A DNA stretch of 58,082 bases from a virus (Duplodnaviria > Caudoviricetes), in IMG/VR virus record IMGVR_UViG_3300048856_000104, positions 1 to 58,082 of that record; one strand, 5' to 3'. Within the stretch, counting starts at the first letter, position 1. The number at the start of each line of letters is the position of its first letter. A model generated the notes under the pieces. It saw nothing but the letters and a program-made list of their open reading frames with translations. It was not told the origin of the DNA and searched no databases. The translations under genes and the position numbers were made by a program. Positions 55,452 to 58,082 of this stretch are shown here, piece by piece.

Positions 55452-56878
55452 TGAAAGCATCTAGGAACTATAAACTTGGAACGCCACCTTCCGGATCGGA
55501 TATGGTGACCTTAACGATCACCTTAGCTAACGCTACCGATCCGACAACCAGCTTTGCTCCAATGAAGTACAATAAGTCCTCAGGCGTTATGATGGTTAAA
55601 GACGACGGAGGACTTGAAGATTATACAATCGGATATGCATACCTAAAAGGCGGGTTCCCTGCTAAAGATGGTATGAGCTATCTAGGAGTTTATTTTTCTG
55701 ATGGTGCAGGTAGACTATTACCTTATAAACTGACATCTGCAGTTAACACCAATAAGGACGTGAACAACCCGGCGTTTGGCCTGAACACATGGGAGAACCG
55801 TAAAACCATGCTTGATGAGGCTGGATGGGAATTAGCAAATCACAGCTATGACCATGGTTACTTTGATAGGTACCGCGACATCAAACTCGCTGAACAGATC
55901 ATTTGGGATAATACAGGCATGCGCACACGTGCTCTGGTTGTGCCTACCAATGACGAAGGTTACACTACAACCGCCTTGTCTTTGGGTTACACTATTATTG
56001 GTACTCAGGGAGCGTTCGACGATTTCATTGATCATAGGCAATCGCCTGATCGTCACGGCATATATTGGGGTGGCGTTGTTGATACAAGAACCTTCAACTA
56101 CAAGCAACTCCTATTTAACCGGTACTACGCTGGGGAAGGTGGGCCTAGCGATCTGGCAGATATGTACACCTTAGTTAATTCAGCGCTACAGGCTGCTAAG
56201 GATGGAACAGCAAACAATATGGTTCACTGGTTTCATCATGGCTTGGATGATGCAGGCGGTAACGGTTCATTTGAACACTGGAAATCATTAATCCAGCACA
56301 TAAAAAATCATCCAGACAATAACGATTCCATGTGGATCACTGGCATGCAGGAGTTCACAGAGTATTACGAGACAAAGGATCTAGCCATCAAGTCGGAGCG
56401 AATGCAAGGCAACGTTATGACCATTACACTTGATCTATCTGGTGTGCCGCAGGAGAATAGACTGCGAGATATGTCATTACTTTTTACCGGAGGCAGCCTT
56501 CAATCGGTTGAAGTGGAGGGTGCAAACAGCTACACTTTTAATCCTGAAACTGGTTTAATTAACCTTTACATACAGAACGCATTTGTTAAAAACCCTTACT
56601 CGGATATAGTGCCACCGCGCCTAGTTTCAGCTATAAGGTCCGGTAACTCAGTATTACTTACTTACGATAGGCCTATTACGCAGTCAATATCTGCCGGCTA
56701 TTCTGTAGAAGGTAATACCGTACTTAGCATTACAGGATCTGGTACAGCCTGGTCGATAAATTGTCAAAACCAGCTACAGGAAAACACAACATTCAGTTAT
56801 AGACTGCAAAGAGGTGACGCCGCAGGTCTTGATGGGGTAAAGGTATGCAGTTACATAGGTTATCCTATCGGTGATTAA
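55451..56878 (+). CDS. Polysaccharide deacetylase (CE4/NodB-like) with a C-terminal SwmB/Ig-like domain
   Basis: KDDG, GWELANHSYDH, WFHH; PRLVSA...LTYDRPI. Confidence 0.75.
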   Translation: MKASRNYKLGTPPSGSDMVTLTITLANATDPTTSFAPMKYNKSSGVMMVKDDGGLEDYTIGYAYLKGGFPAKDGMSYLGVYFSDGAGRLLPYKLTSAVNTNKDVNNPAFGLNTWENRKTMLDEAGWELANHSYDHGYFDRYRDIKLAEQIIWDNTGMRTRALVVPTNDEGYTTTALSLGYTIIGTQGAFDDFIDHRQSPDRHGIYWGGVVDTRTFNYKQLLFNRYYAGEGGPSDLADMYTLVNSALQAAKDGTANNMVHWFHHGLDDAGGNGSFEHWKSLIQHIKNHPDNNDSMWITGMQEFTEYYETKDLAIKSERMQGNVMTITLDLSGVPQENRLRDMSLLFTGGSLQSVEVEGANSYTFNPETGLINLYIQNAFVKNPYSDIVPPRLVSAIRSGNSVLLTYDRPITQSISAGYSVEGNTVLSITGSGTAWSINCQNQLQENTTFSYRLQRGDAAGLDGVKVCSYIGYPIGD

Positions 56879-56879
56879 G

Positions 56880-58082
56880 CTACCAACCGATTGTTTTACC
56901 TCTTAACCTAGTTTGGATGTGATTTACTAGCTCACGCTTATACTTGTCGTAAGAAGTTGTATCCCGGTGTCCTGTTAAGTTCATAATCTCCGTGTCAGAG
57001 TAGCCTGCATTAAGCAGATCCACCACCCGGGTATGTTTCCAGCCGTACATAGTGAAGTTATCTGAAAGTCCAAGAGGCTTTCTGATCTGTTCTCTGAATA
57101 TTCCTGAAAACCAGTTCTCACTATGCATTGTACCAGTTACCCTTCCTTGCCTTCCAATGACATAATACCCTGCTGGATATCTCTCTAGATTAAGACTTTT
57201 CAGCATTAATGCAAGTTCGTCACATATAGGTACTGTTCTACTGCTTGTCTTTCCGACAATCTTGATATACCTGCCAGAGATGTCAACATTTTCAATTCTT
57301 AGATGCCTAATTTCATCAGGACGCATACAGCTAAAATATATGAACTTACACATGAACATTAGTTCCGGATGCGCCTTCATTCTAATCTTCACCTTTTCAG
57401 CAACAGTATCCCCAAAATATTGGTGCTTCATTGGCTTGCTCGACTTCTGCTCAATTTCACCGTCCACACCGATCGCGAACTCGTCACGTAAAATCCATTT
57501 GCGTGGAGCTTTAGAAAACCAATTCAGCAGTGTCACCCAAAAATTTAGGTGGTTATTATAAGTGGTGCCATTCCATTTATGATAGTTATTGAGCCAGGAT
57601 AGCATCTCTTTTATAAATGAGGTATCCATACTGTCCAGCCTTAAGTCTGCCTGCTTGTTCTCGTATAAGTAGTTTTCAAACTTACCTATATACGAGGTGT
57701 AGGCTTCAATAGTTGGCTTGGCAAGACCTTTAGCATTCTTTACCTCAAGGAATTCTTGAAAAGCTTTGATTAGGGTAGGAGACTTTGGATTTTCAGCAAG
57801 CTCTATCTCAGCCTTTACCTCTTCAATCACCTTATCACTTTCGACCTCAAGAGCGAATGGATTGAAGCCCGCCTTTAAAGATTTGTTGATCTCCTGAATA
57901 AGCTCCTGAAGAAAGTTGTTCTTTTCCTCCAAAGAATGGATGTAGTTGATTCCTTCTTTGACCTTAAAGAATTTGAACTTGCCGGTGTTAGGATTTATAA
58001 ATGAATAATATGCGTACCATTCCTCATTAGGGTCACCGGTCTTTCCGGTATAGCCCTTTGCCAACTTGTACTTCCTAAGCAT
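56880..58082 (-). CDS. int: Tyrosine integrase
   Basis: MRPDE, GK, KHT, TGH, Y; N-terminal arm-binding and SAM-like regions. Confidence 0.92.
   Translation of the reverse strand: MLRKYKLAKGYTGKTGDPNEEWYAYYSFINPNTGKFKFFKVKEGINYIHSLEEKNNFLQELIQEINKSLKAGFNPFALEVESDKVIEEVKAEIELAENPKSPTLIKAFQEFLEVKNAKGLAKPTIEAYTSYIGKFENYLYENKQADLRLDSMDTSFIKEMLSWLNNYHKWNGTTYNNHLNFWVTLLNWFSKAPRKWILRDEFAIGVDGEIEQKSSKPMKHQYFGDTVAEKVKIRMKAHPELMFMCKFIYFSCMRPDEIRHLRIENVDISGRYIKIVGKTSSRTVPICDELALMLKSLNLERYPAGYYVIGRQGRVTGTMHSENWFSGIFREQIRKPLGLSDNFTMYGWKHTRVVDLLNAGYSDTEIMNLTGHRDTTSYDKYKRELVNHIQTRLRGKTIGW

Larger units (their letters stand above)
1..58082. mobile_element. Temperate siphovirus-like prophage, probable Bacteroidota host
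   Basis: Complete modular gene set from repressor to integrase; long tape measure and no sheath gene; repeated TAnnTTTG promoter elements. Confidence 0.95.

Noticed and set aside
56879-56890. 12-nt match GCTACCAACCGA to the reverse complement of 14110-14121
   Set aside because: Matches of this length are expected by chance in 58 kb, and it is constrained by the integrase's last codons; not an att site
53350-58082. Tyrosine recombinase beside fibre genes as a possible shufflon
   Set aside because: No inverted cassettes or repeated crossover sites seen; the protein has integrase architecture and sits at the prophage end
1-58082. CRISPR array, tRNA, rRNA, att sites, alternative genetic code
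   Set aside because: No regularly spaced repeats or cloverleafs noticed by eye; the window ends at gene boundaries; core genes are intact in the standard code

Overview
The window is a near-complete temperate siphovirus-type prophage of about 58 kb. It is trimmed to gene boundaries, so no att sites are visible. Bacteroidota-type TAnnTTTG promoters and A-rich starts without Shine-Dalgarno sequences point to a Bacteroidota host (inference). Gene order: CI-like repressor and switch; RecT/RNase H/exonuclease; SNF2 helicase, PcfK/PcfJ and a DndC-like PAPS-reductase; replication initiator and loader; an accessory region with many morons; terminase, portal, capsid and tail; lysis; a second fibre module; integrase. 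Two things stand out. (1) A glycan-degrading toolkit: two GH10 (xylanase-family) proteins with both catalytic glutamates, one in the tail module, plus a CE4-like deacetylase. (2) A non-coding regulatory layer: five copies of a palindromic operator (AATATG-N9-CATAYY-RCGAATA) next to promoters, three of which precede short RNAs with the same 5'-hairpin-loop/downstream-hairpin pairing, plus several short antisense promoter-terminator units. All calls come from reading motifs by eye; no searches were run.
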